Source: a virus. From it: a stretch of DNA of 64,000 bases. Position 1 is the first letter of the stretch, and each line of letters begins with the position of its first letter. The notes beneath the pieces are model-generated. The model was given only the letters and a program-made list of their open reading frames with translations, was not told the origin of the DNA and searched no databases. The DNA lies in IMG/VR virus record IMGVR_UViG_3300028177_000003, positions 25,530-89,529 of that record. One strand, 5' to 3'. Of this stretch, positions 8,502 through 17,350 are shown in pieces. A program made the translations under genes and the position numbers.

Positions 8502-9413
8502 TCAGCTGCCCTCGGTGTCTGCCCAGTCGGCGGCCACCCTTCGGATTACCCTCGCGATGCTTGACACTGCGGAAACAGAACACCCAGCCAAGGCTGCCGT
8601 CTCCTTGAAGTTGTGTCCCTCGGAGATGTATCCCACACAGGCCTCCACATCCGTCGGGTTGTGGCCCTCAGACTGGGCCTCCCGGATAATGCGGGGGATC
8701 AGAGTCCTCTGGGCCGCTCTGAGCTCTGCTGCTCCTTCTTGCCGAGGCTCGCAGGTCACCAGGTCCGCTTCGGCTACGTCCAGGATTTCCCCGTCGTGAG
8801 TGCGTACACCGAAGCTCTCGTTCCGAGAGAGTCTGGAGTAGCGGCGACGGTAGTTGGAGAGGATGCAGCCCGCGACCATGTGGATGTAGTGTCCGAAGGA
8901 ACTCTTGCGGGGGTCGAAGGGACACTTCCCACTGTTGCGGATCAGGAGCCCCTTGCAAAGCTCCTGGAACACGTCCTCGGGATCGTACCCCATTCGAAAG
9001 ACCCGAGCGCAGAAGCCTGCGAAGAAGATCTTCCGAACCTCCATGTACCTCCGATCGAGATCAATGCCCAGGGGCACATGGACAGTGAGAACGTCTGGGA
9101 TCACCGGGGGTGCAGCCCGCTTGGTGATGGTCACTTGATTCTTCGGGTCGGACCGGAAGAGGGTCAGTGTGTCCAGAGCTGGGTATTGCACCCGACGATA
9201 GCGTCCCTGGCGGAAGTACCGGTCGAACGTGAGATGGGGGTCGTAAGCAGTAGGCAGTGCGTCTGGGTCCCTATTCACCAGAGCGATGATCGCCCGCTTC
9301 GCATTGGGGTACTTCCGAGTCCCCTGCGGCCAGTCTACCAGAACCCCCGCAGGGACCCTGGTGACACGGTGGCCGCCGTGTTCTGTTCGCGCGAAAAGGG
9401 TTGCCTGCTGCAT
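8502..9413 (-). CDS. RNA polymerase sigma-70 family (ECF-like) sigma factor
   Basis: Region-2-like DPEDVFQE..FDPRKSSFGHYIHMVA..SNYRRR; region-4 HTH EGHNFKETAALAGCSVSAVS. Confidence 0.8.
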   Translation of the reverse strand: MQQATLFARTEHGGHRVTRVPAGVLVDWPQGTRKYPNAKRAIIALVNRDPDALPTAYDPHLTFDRYFRQGRYRRVQYPALDTLTLFRSDPKNQVTITKRAAPPVIPDVLTVHVPLGIDLDRRYMEVRKIFFAGFCARVFRMGYDPEDVFQELCKGLLIRNSGKCPFDPRKSSFGHYIHMVAGCILSNYRRRYSRLSRNESFGVRTHDGEILDVAEADLVTCEPRQEGAAELRAAQRTLIPRIIREAQSEGHNPTDVEACVGYISEGHNFKETAALAGCSVSAVSSIARVIRRVAADWADTEGS

Positions 9414-9488
9414 CCTAAAGACCCCTTGATTTGGTACTTGAGGGAAAAGTAACTTGCAAGAGGGCGTGCGCGCCCTCTAAACTTGGTT

Positions 9489-9980
9489 TTACCGCGTAGG
9501 TTGGAGCTCAAGGTAGCGATTTCGTACCTCGGAGTCGGAAAGACCCACGCCGAAGATGTCCTTGCTCTCGAGTTTTTGGGCCCGCCGTGCAATGTTCATT
9601 GTCATGTAGGTGCCAGACCGCTCCTGGCCTGTCCAGAAAGACGCCATGGTGTCGGAAAGTTCAACCATGCGTGTATTGCGGGCACGGTAGCTGGACCCAG
9701 CGGGCATGCGCTGCACCTCATGTGCTGTATCGGCGACGCTGGGGTCCGTAGCCTTCAGGTTTCCCGGAAACACCACCGTGCGGCGTACTTCCGGGAAATG
9801 ATCCGCGAACCAGTGGTGCACATACGCATCCACGCCGACGCAAGCGCCCGTGACTATGCCTGTAGGCTTGTGTCGCTCTACCAGGGTCGCCAGATCTCCG
9901 TCGATGCGGTCGCGGCTGGTCGCCGGCAAAGCTCGACTGGTTCCGGTGAACCCCAGTACTGCCACTGCACTCTCCGTCAT
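9489..9980 (-). CDS. SLOG (YspA/DprA-like) domain protein
   Basis: GFTGTSR, IVTGACVGVD, RNTRMV, FWTG..SGT. Confidence 0.8.
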   Translation of the reverse strand: MTESAVAVLGFTGTSRALPATSRDRIDGDLATLVERHKPTGIVTGACVGVDAYVHHWFADHFPEVRRTVVFPGNLKATDPSVADTAHEVQRMPAGSSYRARNTRMVELSDTMASFWTGQERSGTYMTMNIARRAQKLESKDIFGVGLSDSEVRNRYLELQPTR

Positions 9981-9983
9981 GGC

Positions 9984-10011
9984 TTACGTCTGGAGAATGC
10001 TCCCCGAACCC
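9984..10011 (-). promoter_or_regulatory. Class A promoter-like motif (variant)
   Basis: GGGTTCGG-N13-GACGTAA immediately before the SLOG ATG. Confidence 0.45.
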
Positions 10012-10044
10012 CCTTGGACCAAACTTTTCTGCGAGCCCCGGTTC

Positions 10045-10317
10045 TCAGCCTTGAGAATGGGGGGCGTCGGCGCGGATCTTCTCGGCCAGGTCGGCGAATC
10101 CTGCGGCCTCCCAGTGCTCCGCGCAGTAGCAGCCCAGGGTAGCCCCGAGCTTCATCTGGACACCGGCCAGTCCTACCGGACGAGCGATGAGACGTTCGAC
10201 CCCAGGCTGGGTGCACCGGGCATCTGGGTCGCGGGGATCTCTCCCGGCGTGACACTGGTGGACACCTTCCCCGGTGTAGCCGCAGCGGCAGGGAGAATGA
10301 GGGGAGCAAAGGCTCAC
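10045..10317 (-). CDS. Cys-rich small protein
   Basis: Several Cys/His; 4-bp overlap with upstream gene. Confidence 0.6.
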   Translation of the reverse strand: MSLCSPHSPCRCGYTGEGVHQCHAGRDPRDPDARCTQPGVERLIARPVGLAGVQMKLGATLGCYCAEHWEAAGFADLAEKIRADAPHSQG

Positions 10318-10883
10318 AGTGAAACCCCCGGAATGGTGAAGTCGCCGGAGAGACCGCTCAGGCCGGTCTGGTCCTTCGTGAAACGGTATCCGAAGCCCTC
10401 ACGCTCTCGAGTGAGTCTGATCACCCGATCGGCCAAGTAGTCAAAGACACGTTGACCCCTACCCAGGGCGACGATAGAAACGGAGGACATCGAGGCCCGA
10501 AGAGTGTTCAGGGTTCTCTCCCAGTCAGCACCAATGTGCTCTTCATGGGTGGTGCAGCGATGTATGTCGTCCAGAATCAGCAGCCCGAAGGGGTGTCGGT
10601 TCAAGAAGGAGAGCGCAACATCTCGGATCTGGTGTAACTGTGCTGACTGCACCAGAGCGAAGTTGCCGCCCGGTTTGATGCCCATGTGCCCCATTAGGTA
10701 TGCAGAGGCCACCCTTTCGGGGTCCACGTAGCACACTGGGAGGCCCGCCGACAAGGCGAGGCTGGCTGCCCGCAGGGCGAAGGAGGTCTTGCCCGAACCA
10801 GGGCTGCCCGTCACGTGTGTCAGGTGGCCGAACTGCAGGGTGCTTTGAACAAGTTCTTCCAGGGTGAGGGGAGGGATTGTCAC
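10314..10883 (-). CDS. RecA/RadB-like ATPase
   Basis: GSPGSGKT, YVDPE, LLILDD. Confidence 0.8.
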   Translation of the reverse strand: MTIPPLTLEELVQSTLQFGHLTHVTGSPGSGKTSFALRAASLALSAGLPVCYVDPERVASAYLMGHMGIKPGGNFALVQSAQLHQIRDVALSFLNRHPFGLLILDDIHRCTTHEEHIGADWERTLNTLRASMSSVSIVALGRGQRVFDYLADRVIRLTREREGFGYRFTKDQTGLSGLSGDFTIPGVSL

Positions 10884-11458
10884 GCACTCTCCCAGCGGGA
10901 CCGCTCGAGCATCTTGCGGTTGTCGGTCCAGTCATCCAGGTATGAGTAGCACCACCCGTGCTCGCCCATCCGGTCAAGGGCATCTACAGCCTCGGGAATC
11001 TCCACGCCCATGTAGGCGACGCTGTCTGCCATCTGGCCGAAGGCAGCACAGTCAGCCCATTGCTGGGGAACCTTGCGGTCAGCCAGCGGTCCGTCCTCCT
11101 TCATGAGACGCCAGGTCAAGTCGACCACCTTCCCAGAGGGGGTCACGACCCAGGCATGGTGCACGGGAATGATGCGAGTTGCGAAACCCTCGAAGTAGCG
11201 AAGCTCGCCCCCGGAGATGGCCGCCAGTCGCTGGGCGTTGTAGAAGCACTCCTTCATCTCGAACTGGAGGCCCGACCCGACCCGGTCGACCGTTTCACAT
11301 TCCGCTTCGGAAAGAGACTCACCCGGCGCGGGGAACAGGGTCCCGTGCTCAAGCACCAGCTCATGCATGTTGAGCATGTCCGGGTGGCTTCCCATCCCGC
11401 TGATCATCCCCGAGACCTGCTCCAGGTAGCTCTTCAGGCCAGCTGCGGCGTCGCTCAT
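10880..11458 (-). CDS. transglutaminase-like Cys-His-Asp protein
   Basis: ECFYNAQRLA..HHAWV..GKVVDLTW..YMGV. Confidence 0.6.
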   Translation of the reverse strand: MSDAAAGLKSYLEQVSGMISGMGSHPDMLNMHELVLEHGTLFPAPGESLSEAECETVDRVGSGLQFEMKECFYNAQRLAAISGGELRYFEGFATRIIPVHHAWVVTPSGKVVDLTWRLMKEDGPLADRKVPQQWADCAAFGQMADSVAYMGVEIPEAVDALDRMGEHGWCYSYLDDWTDNRKMLERSRWESA

Positions 11459-11597
11459 GATGTGGGTCCTCCCTTTGGTTACGTCTTGTTCAGGCGGAAG
11501 AGCTTCGAGAACTTGTGGTTCCGGCGCTCCTCGTGGAGGGGGAACGTCCAGTCCTCGAGGAGGCAAAGCGGGTGACCCAGGGCAGGGATGAGTAGTC

Positions 11598-13538
11598 TCA
11601 CGAGCGACCTCCCAGCCGGGTCCACATCTCGTCAACGGTGAGGATCTCAACGCCGAGGTCCAGCGCGTTCTTCACCTTGCCCGTCGTCTTGGCGGGCTTG
11701 CCGTTCACCAGGAGGGTGGTGTTCCGGCTGACACCGGAGGCGATGCGTCCGCCCTCGGCCACGATCTTCGCGGCCATGTCCGCGTCGCGGAAGTTGGTCA
11801 TGCAGACCGCCTGGCCGGTCATCGAGGAGCCAGTCGCGGCTACCTTGACGGGCTTGATGATCTGGACGCCCGAGGCCAGGATGTGGAGCATCAGGGGCTT
11901 GCGCTCCTCGAACCCGGCGCGGAAGGCAGCCGCCCGCCCGGCACCGAAGCCCGGCACCGAAGCCATCTCCGCCTCGGTGACCGAGGCCAGCTTGTTGAGG
12001 TCGTCGTAGCCCGCGTCCACCAGGAGGCTGACCATCTTGCGTCCGACCAGGTTGATGCCCAGCGAGCCGACGAAGAGGTCAACCGGCATGGTGCGGGAGT
12101 TGTTCAGCGAGGCGATGACGCGCTTGGCGTTGCCCCCGAACCGACGCCCGTCGATTTCGAAGTTCGCCAGCTCAGTCTCGTCGAGTCCGTACAGCCCCGC
12201 GATGTCCGAGATCACACCCGCTTCCACCAGGGCGCGGACCAGGGCCTCTCCGAGGTGGAGGATGTTCACCTTCTCGACCCAGCGGAGGATCATCCCGATG
12301 ACGCGAGCCCCGCAGTCGGGACCGTAGCACATCAAGTACTCACCCTCAGCCCCGGTGAGGCCCTTGCACATCTCCAGGGTGTAGCCGCAAGTGGGGCAGC
12401 TGGTCGGGGTGGTGAACGGGGTTCCGCCCGCCGAGGACAGCACGCTGGCCACGCGGGGGATCACGTCGTTCTGTCGCGCTGCCTCGATGAGGTCGCCGGG
12501 GTAGAGGTGGGGCACCCCGGCGTCCTGGGCCAGGCCCTCAACGTAGGCCACGTTGTAGAGGGAGGCGCGGGACACCATGGCTCCGGCCAGCTCAACCGGG
12601 TCGAACTCAGCCACGGGGGTGATGCGCCCGGAGTTGCCGACCTGCCACACGATGTTGCGCAGGGTGCTGGCCTTGGACTCGTGAGGGAACTTCACCGCGA
12701 CAGCGGCGCGAGGGCGCAAGCTGTGCGTCCCGTAGGACTCACGCTTGTCCGTGTCGTTGATCTCGACCACCCAGCCGTCGATGTCGTAGTCCAGCGCGGC
12801 ACGGTCGCCCTTGATGTAGGCTTCGCGGAGCGCGATAAGGGACTGCGCCGTGACCAGACGAGAGTTGGGGACTCGGAAGCCCTGGCTCACGAGGTCAGCC
12901 AGCTCACCCGCCCGGTCGCCGCAGGGGTGCTTCTCCAGGGTGAGGTTGTAGGCGATGACCGTGAGGTGCTTCGCCTTCTGCCAGTTGGACTGACGCTTCG
13001 CCGTGCCGCTGGCCGTGTTGCGGGTGTTCGACTCGCCGGGGAAGTGGGCCGCGAAGTCCGACTTGAGACACATGATCTCGGCGCGGACGTAGGCCATGCC
13101 GACCCAGGCGGTGCGCTGGGGCACTCCCTGCATCACCCGGACGTTGCGAGTGATGTCCTCGCCGACTTCGCCGTCGCCGCGAGTCTCAGCGCGCTCCAGG
13201 AGTCCGTCGTTGTAGGTGAGCAGCACCGAGATGCCGTCGAGCTTCTCGGTGGCGAGGAGCTGAACGATCCCGTAGGTGGCTGCCCACTTCAGAAAGGCGG
13301 CGTCGTCCTGCGCCTTGTCCAGCGATCCCATGGGGATGGGGTGCGCGACCTTTGCCCAGCCGGAATCAGCGGGAGCCCCGACCTTGGTCAGCGCGGGGTG
13401 AACCGGGTCCAGAGAACGGAGCTGGTCCTCAAGGGCGTCGTACTGGGCGTCCGACAGAATCGGCGCTCCGCCCCCGTAGTATGAGGCGCTGGCAGCGATG
13501 AGGCGCACGCCAAGCGCGTCGGCAGTCTGATTACTCAT
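11598..13538 (-). CDS. ligA: NAD-dependent DNA ligase
   Basis: EKLDG adenylation motif, TRGDGEVGEDIT, DIDG, OB fold, Zn finger, HhH, BRCT. Confidence 0.97.
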   Translation of the reverse strand: MSNQTADALGVRLIAASASYYGGGAPILSDAQYDALEDQLRSLDPVHPALTKVGAPADSGWAKVAHPIPMGSLDKAQDDAAFLKWAATYGIVQLLATEKLDGISVLLTYNDGLLERAETRGDGEVGEDITRNVRVMQGVPQRTAWVGMAYVRAEIMCLKSDFAAHFPGESNTRNTASGTAKRQSNWQKAKHLTVIAYNLTLEKHPCGDRAGELADLVSQGFRVPNSRLVTAQSLIALREAYIKGDRAALDYDIDGWVVEINDTDKRESYGTHSLRPRAAVAVKFPHESKASTLRNIVWQVGNSGRITPVAEFDPVELAGAMVSRASLYNVAYVEGLAQDAGVPHLYPGDLIEAARQNDVIPRVASVLSSAGGTPFTTPTSCPTCGYTLEMCKGLTGAEGEYLMCYGPDCGARVIGMILRWVEKVNILHLGEALVRALVEAGVISDIAGLYGLDETELANFEIDGRRFGGNAKRVIASLNNSRTMPVDLFVGSLGINLVGRKMVSLLVDAGYDDLNKLASVTEAEMASVPGFGAGRAAAFRAGFEERKPLMLHILASGVQIIKPVKVAATGSSMTGQAVCMTNFRDADMAAKIVAEGGRIASGVSRNTTLLVNGKPAKTTGKVKNALDLGVEILTVDEMWTRLGGRS

Positions 13539-13561
13539 GGGGTATCTCTCCTACACTTCGA

Positions 13562-13589
13562 TTACGTCGGCTGGGGCGCGGGGGAACCC
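13562..13589 (-). promoter_or_regulatory. Class A promoter-like motif
   Basis: Perfect GGGTTCCC-N13-GACGTAA upstream of ligA. Confidence 0.75.
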
Positions 13590-13632
13590 TCCAAAATCCG
13601 TATTCAAGGGCGCTCGGGTCCGTCCTCGGGGT

Positions 13633-13779
13633 TCAGTACTCCCACTCGTCATCGCTCTCGCCGCCGAGCCGCTGGGAATCCAGGAGGTCATCCCCCACAT
13701 CCGCCCGGTGAGCGGAGAGCTTGCGCAGGCGCTCCTGGAGGGGCTCCATATCCGCCAGGATTTCAGCTTCGGTCCTCAT
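13633..13779 (-). CDS. small acidic protein (48 aa)
   Basis: Manual ORF MRTEAEILADME..; GAGG RBS; fills a gap in the gene train. Confidence 0.45.
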   Translation of the reverse strand: MRTEAEILADMEPLQERLRKLSAHRADVGDDLLDSQRLGGESDDEWEY

Positions 13780-13987
13780 AATCCTCTCCTCGCAAAAGAC
13801 GCTCGGCCTGGTTCTGGGTTAGGGTCTCCCGGAAAAGCTCCAGAAAGCGCTGGGAGTTCTCCCCCCAGATCTTCAATCCCAAGAAGAAGACAGACCCGTC
13901 CTTCTCGGCTTCCACGAGATACTGCTCCCCGGCCTTGAGTTGACCTATACGTTCTTCTGCAGTGGTGTTCCAGGCGAAAACCTTCAC
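13763..13987 (-). CDS. hypothetical protein
   Basis: 74-aa ORF, GTGA overlap with cca. Confidence 0.55.
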   Translation of the reverse strand: MKVFAWNTTAEERIGQLKAGEQYLVEAEKDGSVFFLGLKIWGENSQRFLELFRETLTQNQAERLLRGEDYEDRS

Positions 13988-15471
13988 GCTTCCCCCACGG
14001 GAAGGACCTGGGCCAGGATCTGGTCCGCGTCCAGGGTATCGTCACTGAACTGAAGCTCAAGGGCTTCGGCCAGGATCTTCCCGAACAGGGGACCCGGCTT
14101 CAGGCCAGCCTTGATCAGGTCTCGGCCCTGGACCTTCGGCTGGACCGCCGAGTTGTCCGCGTCGAACTTCTCGGCCCAGTCGAAGATCCGGCTGGAGGAC
14201 TCGTGCTCCCAGTTGGGCGAACCCGAGGCCAGCGACCGGGAACCGTCGGGCACCGAAGCACACGAGTCACACTGGCACATCCGGCCGATGAGGCGAAGGT
14301 CGCCCCCGGCCAGCTCCATGCCTCGAGCCAGGCGGGCGTATCCGCCCTTGCCTGCGTTTCCGGCACGCAGCGACCAGGGTCGCATGTGCATACCGACGAT
14401 GCCTCGCACCAGGTTGATCAGCTTGGTGTTGTTCGTGAGTCGACGTAGGAACGTCTCCGACGGGTCCATGCCCGCCACGTCGTGCCCGTATGCCGTCCAG
14501 AGCATGTCCTCCGGCTGCTTGCCGTTCTCTTCCGCCAGCTTCTTGACCCGAGGGTCCTGCGCGGCGATCATCTCGGGCGTGATCGTCTTCTCCGGCTTGC
14601 CCATGTCGTGCAGAAACACGCCGAACGCGAAGGCCGTGCGCTGGTGTTCCGGGATCTCATCTCGGATTTCGGCCATGGCGTCGGCGGCCAGGCAGGCGTG
14701 CGTCCAGACGTTTCCCTCGGGGTGCCACTCGGGGTGCTGGTCCGTCTCCCGCAGAGCGTTCAGCTCGGGGAACATCTCGATGAGACCGGAGTCAACCAGG
14801 AAGTGCAGTCCCACCGAGGGACGCTCTGCCTTGAGGAGGAGCTTCTCAAACTCGGGGAGCAGACGCTCATGAGGCTCGAACGTCAGGGCCTCCCGCAGTC
14901 CCCGGATGAGGGTCATCGTCGCGGGGTCCACCGTCTTCGCCTTGCGAGCCAGCAGCTGCATTGCACGGAGAGCCCGCACAGGGTCCTGGGTGAACAGCTC
15001 AGCGTCCGTCGCACGGAGGATGCCCGCAGCGAGGTCAGCTTCACCGCCGAAGGGATCCTCCAGGGCTCCGGTGTCCAGGTTCACGGCCATTGCGTTGAGG
15101 GTGAAGTCCCGACGCCGTGCGGCTTCGGCCACGGTCATCGTGGGGTCCATCGCCGTCTGGAACTCGGGGTGGCTCGCACCGACATGGTTCGACGTACAGG
15201 GGACGTTGACGTCAACGTCGAACCCGTCGACCGTGATCTTGATGATCCCGAAGGACTTCCCGACCGTCTTGGGGTTGAGGTCCGCGAACAGCGTCTCCAG
15301 ACGAGAGTAGCCCAGACCGAAGACCTCGAGGTCCCAGTCCTTCGGCTCCCGACCCTGAATGAGGTCGATGACCGCGCCTCCGACCAGCATGGCCGTTCCG
15401 CCTGCGCCCTTGACGCGGCGAACGAGCTGGCGGACGGGTCCGGGGATGCGATGGATCTCGATGCTGGTCAT
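13984..15471 (-). CDS. cca: CCA tRNA nucleotidyltransferase with HD phosphatase domain
   Basis: VGGAVID..KDWDLE, RRRDFTLNAM, DPVRALR, HPEG.V..H, LHDMGK. Confidence 0.93.
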   Translation of the reverse strand: MTSIEIHRIPGPVRQLVRRVKGAGGTAMLVGGAVIDLIQGREPKDWDLEVFGLGYSRLETLFADLNPKTVGKSFGIIKITVDGFDVDVNVPCTSNHVGASHPEFQTAMDPTMTVAEAARRRDFTLNAMAVNLDTGALEDPFGGEADLAAGILRATDAELFTQDPVRALRAMQLLARKAKTVDPATMTLIRGLREALTFEPHERLLPEFEKLLLKAERPSVGLHFLVDSGLIEMFPELNALRETDQHPEWHPEGNVWTHACLAADAMAEIRDEIPEHQRTAFAFGVFLHDMGKPEKTITPEMIAAQDPRVKKLAEENGKQPEDMLWTAYGHDVAGMDPSETFLRRLTNNTKLINLVRGIVGMHMRPWSLRAGNAGKGGYARLARGMELAGGDLRLIGRMCQCDSCASVPDGSRSLASGSPNWEHESSSRIFDWAEKFDADNSAVQPKVQGRDLIKAGLKPGPLFGKILAEALELQFSDDTLDADQILAQVLPVGEA

Positions 15472-15490
15472 GCTTTCCTCTCGGAGGGTC

Positions 15491-15518
15491 TTACGTCGCG
15501 GGCTGCGTGAGGGAACCC
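15491..15518 (-). promoter_or_regulatory. Class A promoter-like motif
   Basis: Perfect consensus upstream of cca; a second copy at 15586..15613 overlaps a TAA stop. Confidence 0.75.
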
Positions 15519-15585
15519 GGTTCAGTCAAGGGGGATGACTTCGTCGCCGTGCCACGGACACCTCAAAGGCAAGGGCTCCCAGAAC

Positions 15586-15765
15586 TTACGTCCCGTCTTC
15601 ACCAGGGGAAGCCTCGGTCTTGAACACCAGGCGCACAGTCTGCTTCCGCCCCTTGTTGTTCACACGAACGACCATCTCGGCGTCCTCGGGAATCTTCATG
15701 CCGTCCAGGAGAAGACTCCGGCGGAGATGCTTCTCGATCTCCGCCCACTCAAGTACCACTTGCAT
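15586..15765 (-). CDS. hypothetical protein (59 aa)
   Basis: Manual ORF MQVVLEWAEIEKHLRR.. Confidence 0.5.
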   Translation of the reverse strand: MQVVLEWAEIEKHLRRSLLLDGMKIPEDAEMVVRVNNKGRKQTVRLVFKTEASPGEDGT

Positions 15766-16003
15766 CCCCTACCTCCAGCTTCAGCATCTGGGCGACCTCT
15801 CGGGCCAGGAGTTCACCTTCGTCGTAGTCCTGTTCCGGGAACAGGAAGTCTCGTCGAGTGGCCTGGGTTCCGTCCGGGTAGAACCGTCCGTGCTCGTCTA
15901 TGTTGGTCGGTTGCTCAACTCCCGGAGCGCCCCCGTGGGAGAGTCTCTGAACCTCCACGCATGCTGCAAGTAGCAACTGTCGTGCGATTCTGCTACTCGG
16001 CAT
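15749..16003 (-). CDS. hypothetical protein
   Basis: 84-aa ORF in gene train. Confidence 0.55.
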   Translation of the reverse strand: MPSSRIARQLLLAACVEVQRLSHGGAPGVEQPTNIDEHGRFYPDGTQATRRDFLFPEQDYDEGELLAREVAQMLKLEVGDASGT

Positions 16004-16469
16004 ACGGGTTCTCTTCGTCGAAGACCTTCAGCCACTCCTCCCACGCAGCCAGGACTTGTTCAGCAGACCAGGGTTCCACTGCCACGAGTTCCCAATCAAC
16101 TTCGTAGTCGTACTCGTCCCCGTAGCAGGTCGACATAAAGGTCATGTCAATCAGGAAGGGCTGTCCGGGAGCGATGCCCATCTGAAGGAACTCGGCTACC
16201 AGAGCCTCGGTGTCGTGCGAAGCCTTCCCGGTGAACATGTAGTTGAGCAGATCCTCGTTCACCCACTCCCACCACGGAGGGACAGGCCCGTCGCAGTCCA
16301 GGTGCAGGTGCAGCGAGTCCTCGAAGGCCTCAGGCACCATCCAGAAGCGTCCCGTGCCTCGTGTCCAGATAGCTCGCCCATCAGGGGAGGCCACTGGGTG
16401 AGAAGGCCACGGAGGGCTTTCGGGCCGAACAGGCTCCTCCATCTGGAAGATACCGCGCAGTGTGCTCAT
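15993..16469 (-). CDS. hypothetical acidic protein
   Basis: Start MSTLRG with GGAGG RBS. Confidence 0.6.
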   Translation of the reverse strand: MSTLRGIFQMEEPVRPESPPWPSHPVASPDGRAIWTRGTGRFWMVPEAFEDSLHLHLDCDGPVPPWWEWVNEDLLNYMFTGKASHDTEALVAEFLQMGIAPGQPFLIDMTFMSTCYGDEYDYEVDWELVAVEPWSAEQVLAAWEEWLKVFDEENPYAE

Positions 16470-16470
16470 G

Positions 16471-16716
16471 TCATTGCCTCCGAAGTTGCAGGGGGACGAC
16501 CCCTTGTCCGTAGTGACCCTTGTTCGGGGGCTCTCCGGCCAGGACCGCGTAGACCACGAGCATGTCGTCATGGCGGCGCTTGTACCACATCCCTCGGGTG
16601 ACGCGCTCCTCGTGGCGCCCACTCATCCCGGTGATCTCGGCTGCACCCGAGTTGAGAAGCTCACCGGTGCGCATGTCGTAGTAGGCGAGCCAACGCCGAT
16701 CTTCGGGCTCAGCCAT
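16471..16716 (-). CDS. hypothetical protein
   Basis: 81-aa ORF, AAGGA RBS. Confidence 0.6.
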   Translation of the reverse strand: MAEPEDRRWLAYYDMRTGELLNSGAAEITGMSGRHEERVTRGMWYKRRHDDMLVVYAVLAGEPPNKGHYGQGVVPLQLRRQ

Positions 16717-17074
16717 GGTCCTTACCCTCGTGCAGTGCCAGGACAGCCTCGGTCCGGGCGTAGACCTCGTCGGGGTCCATCTCCCGGAGAAGCTCCTTCA
16801 TTCCGAACCGCATCGCCAGGTTCCGAATGAGCTGTGTCTTGGACGCACAGCTGACAGCGGGGTCGGGCAGAAGCGGGTGCTCGTAGTTGAGGACCTCCTC
16901 CCCGCCCTCGGATCGGCGGATCGCTCCCCGCAGTTCTCCTGGCGACAGAATGAACGGTCTTCCTCTCTCCGGGGTCGTGAGGATGAAGCTCAGGAGACGG
17001 GTCAGGGCGTTCTGCTTGTCCCCGGTGAGTCCGTCGCCCAGGACGATCTCGAGGTCGATAATGGGGTTGCTCAT
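16709..17074 (-). CDS. hypothetical protein
   Basis: 121-aa ORF. Confidence 0.6.
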   Translation of the reverse strand: MSNPIIDLEIVLGDGLTGDKQNALTRLLSFILTTPERGRPFILSPGELRGAIRRSEGGEEVLNYEHPLLPDPAVSCASKTQLIRNLAMRFGMKELLREMDPDEVYARTEAVLALHEGKDHG

Positions 17075-17077
17075 GAC

Positions 17078-17290
17078 CTACTCCAGCTTAATGAGGTTGA
17101 TGAGGCCGAGCTGCCCAGGCCCTCCCTGGCGGAATGACACCTCGTACTCGCGACACAGGGTCGTGAGGTAGCTGGCCAGAGCCTCCACGCTGCAGACCCA
17201 CTCCCCGTCTTTCTGCAGGCAGCCTGGAAAGGGTTGGGACTCGGGCTTCTGGCCGACGCGGTTTCGAATCTTGAAGAGGACAGGTGTCAT
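17078..17290 (-). CDS. hypothetical protein
   Basis: 70-aa ORF directly after class A motif. Confidence 0.6.
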   Translation of the reverse strand: MTPVLFKIRNRVGQKPESQPFPGCLQKDGEWVCSVEALASYLTTLCREYEVSFRQGGPGQLGLINLIKLE

Positions 17291-17316
17291 GAGGTTCCCT
17301 GCGGGAGTCGCTTGTG

Positions 17317-17344
17317 TTACGTCCGGGATGGGTCGGGGAAACCC
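17317..17344 (-). promoter_or_regulatory. Class A promoter-like motif
   Basis: GGGTTTCC-N13-GACGTAA. Confidence 0.7.
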
Positions 17345-17350
17345 TGTGTG

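Noticed and set aside
9432-9460. Host sigma70 promoter (TTGCAA-N17-TACCAA) for the sigma gene
   Set aside because: The -10 box is weak and it is a single instance; not listed as a feature
11883-13484. Long plus-strand ORFs (e.g. 533 aa here; also 14482, 33629, 45399, 59365)
   Set aside because: Antisense shadows of high-GC3 minus-strand genes with no motifs
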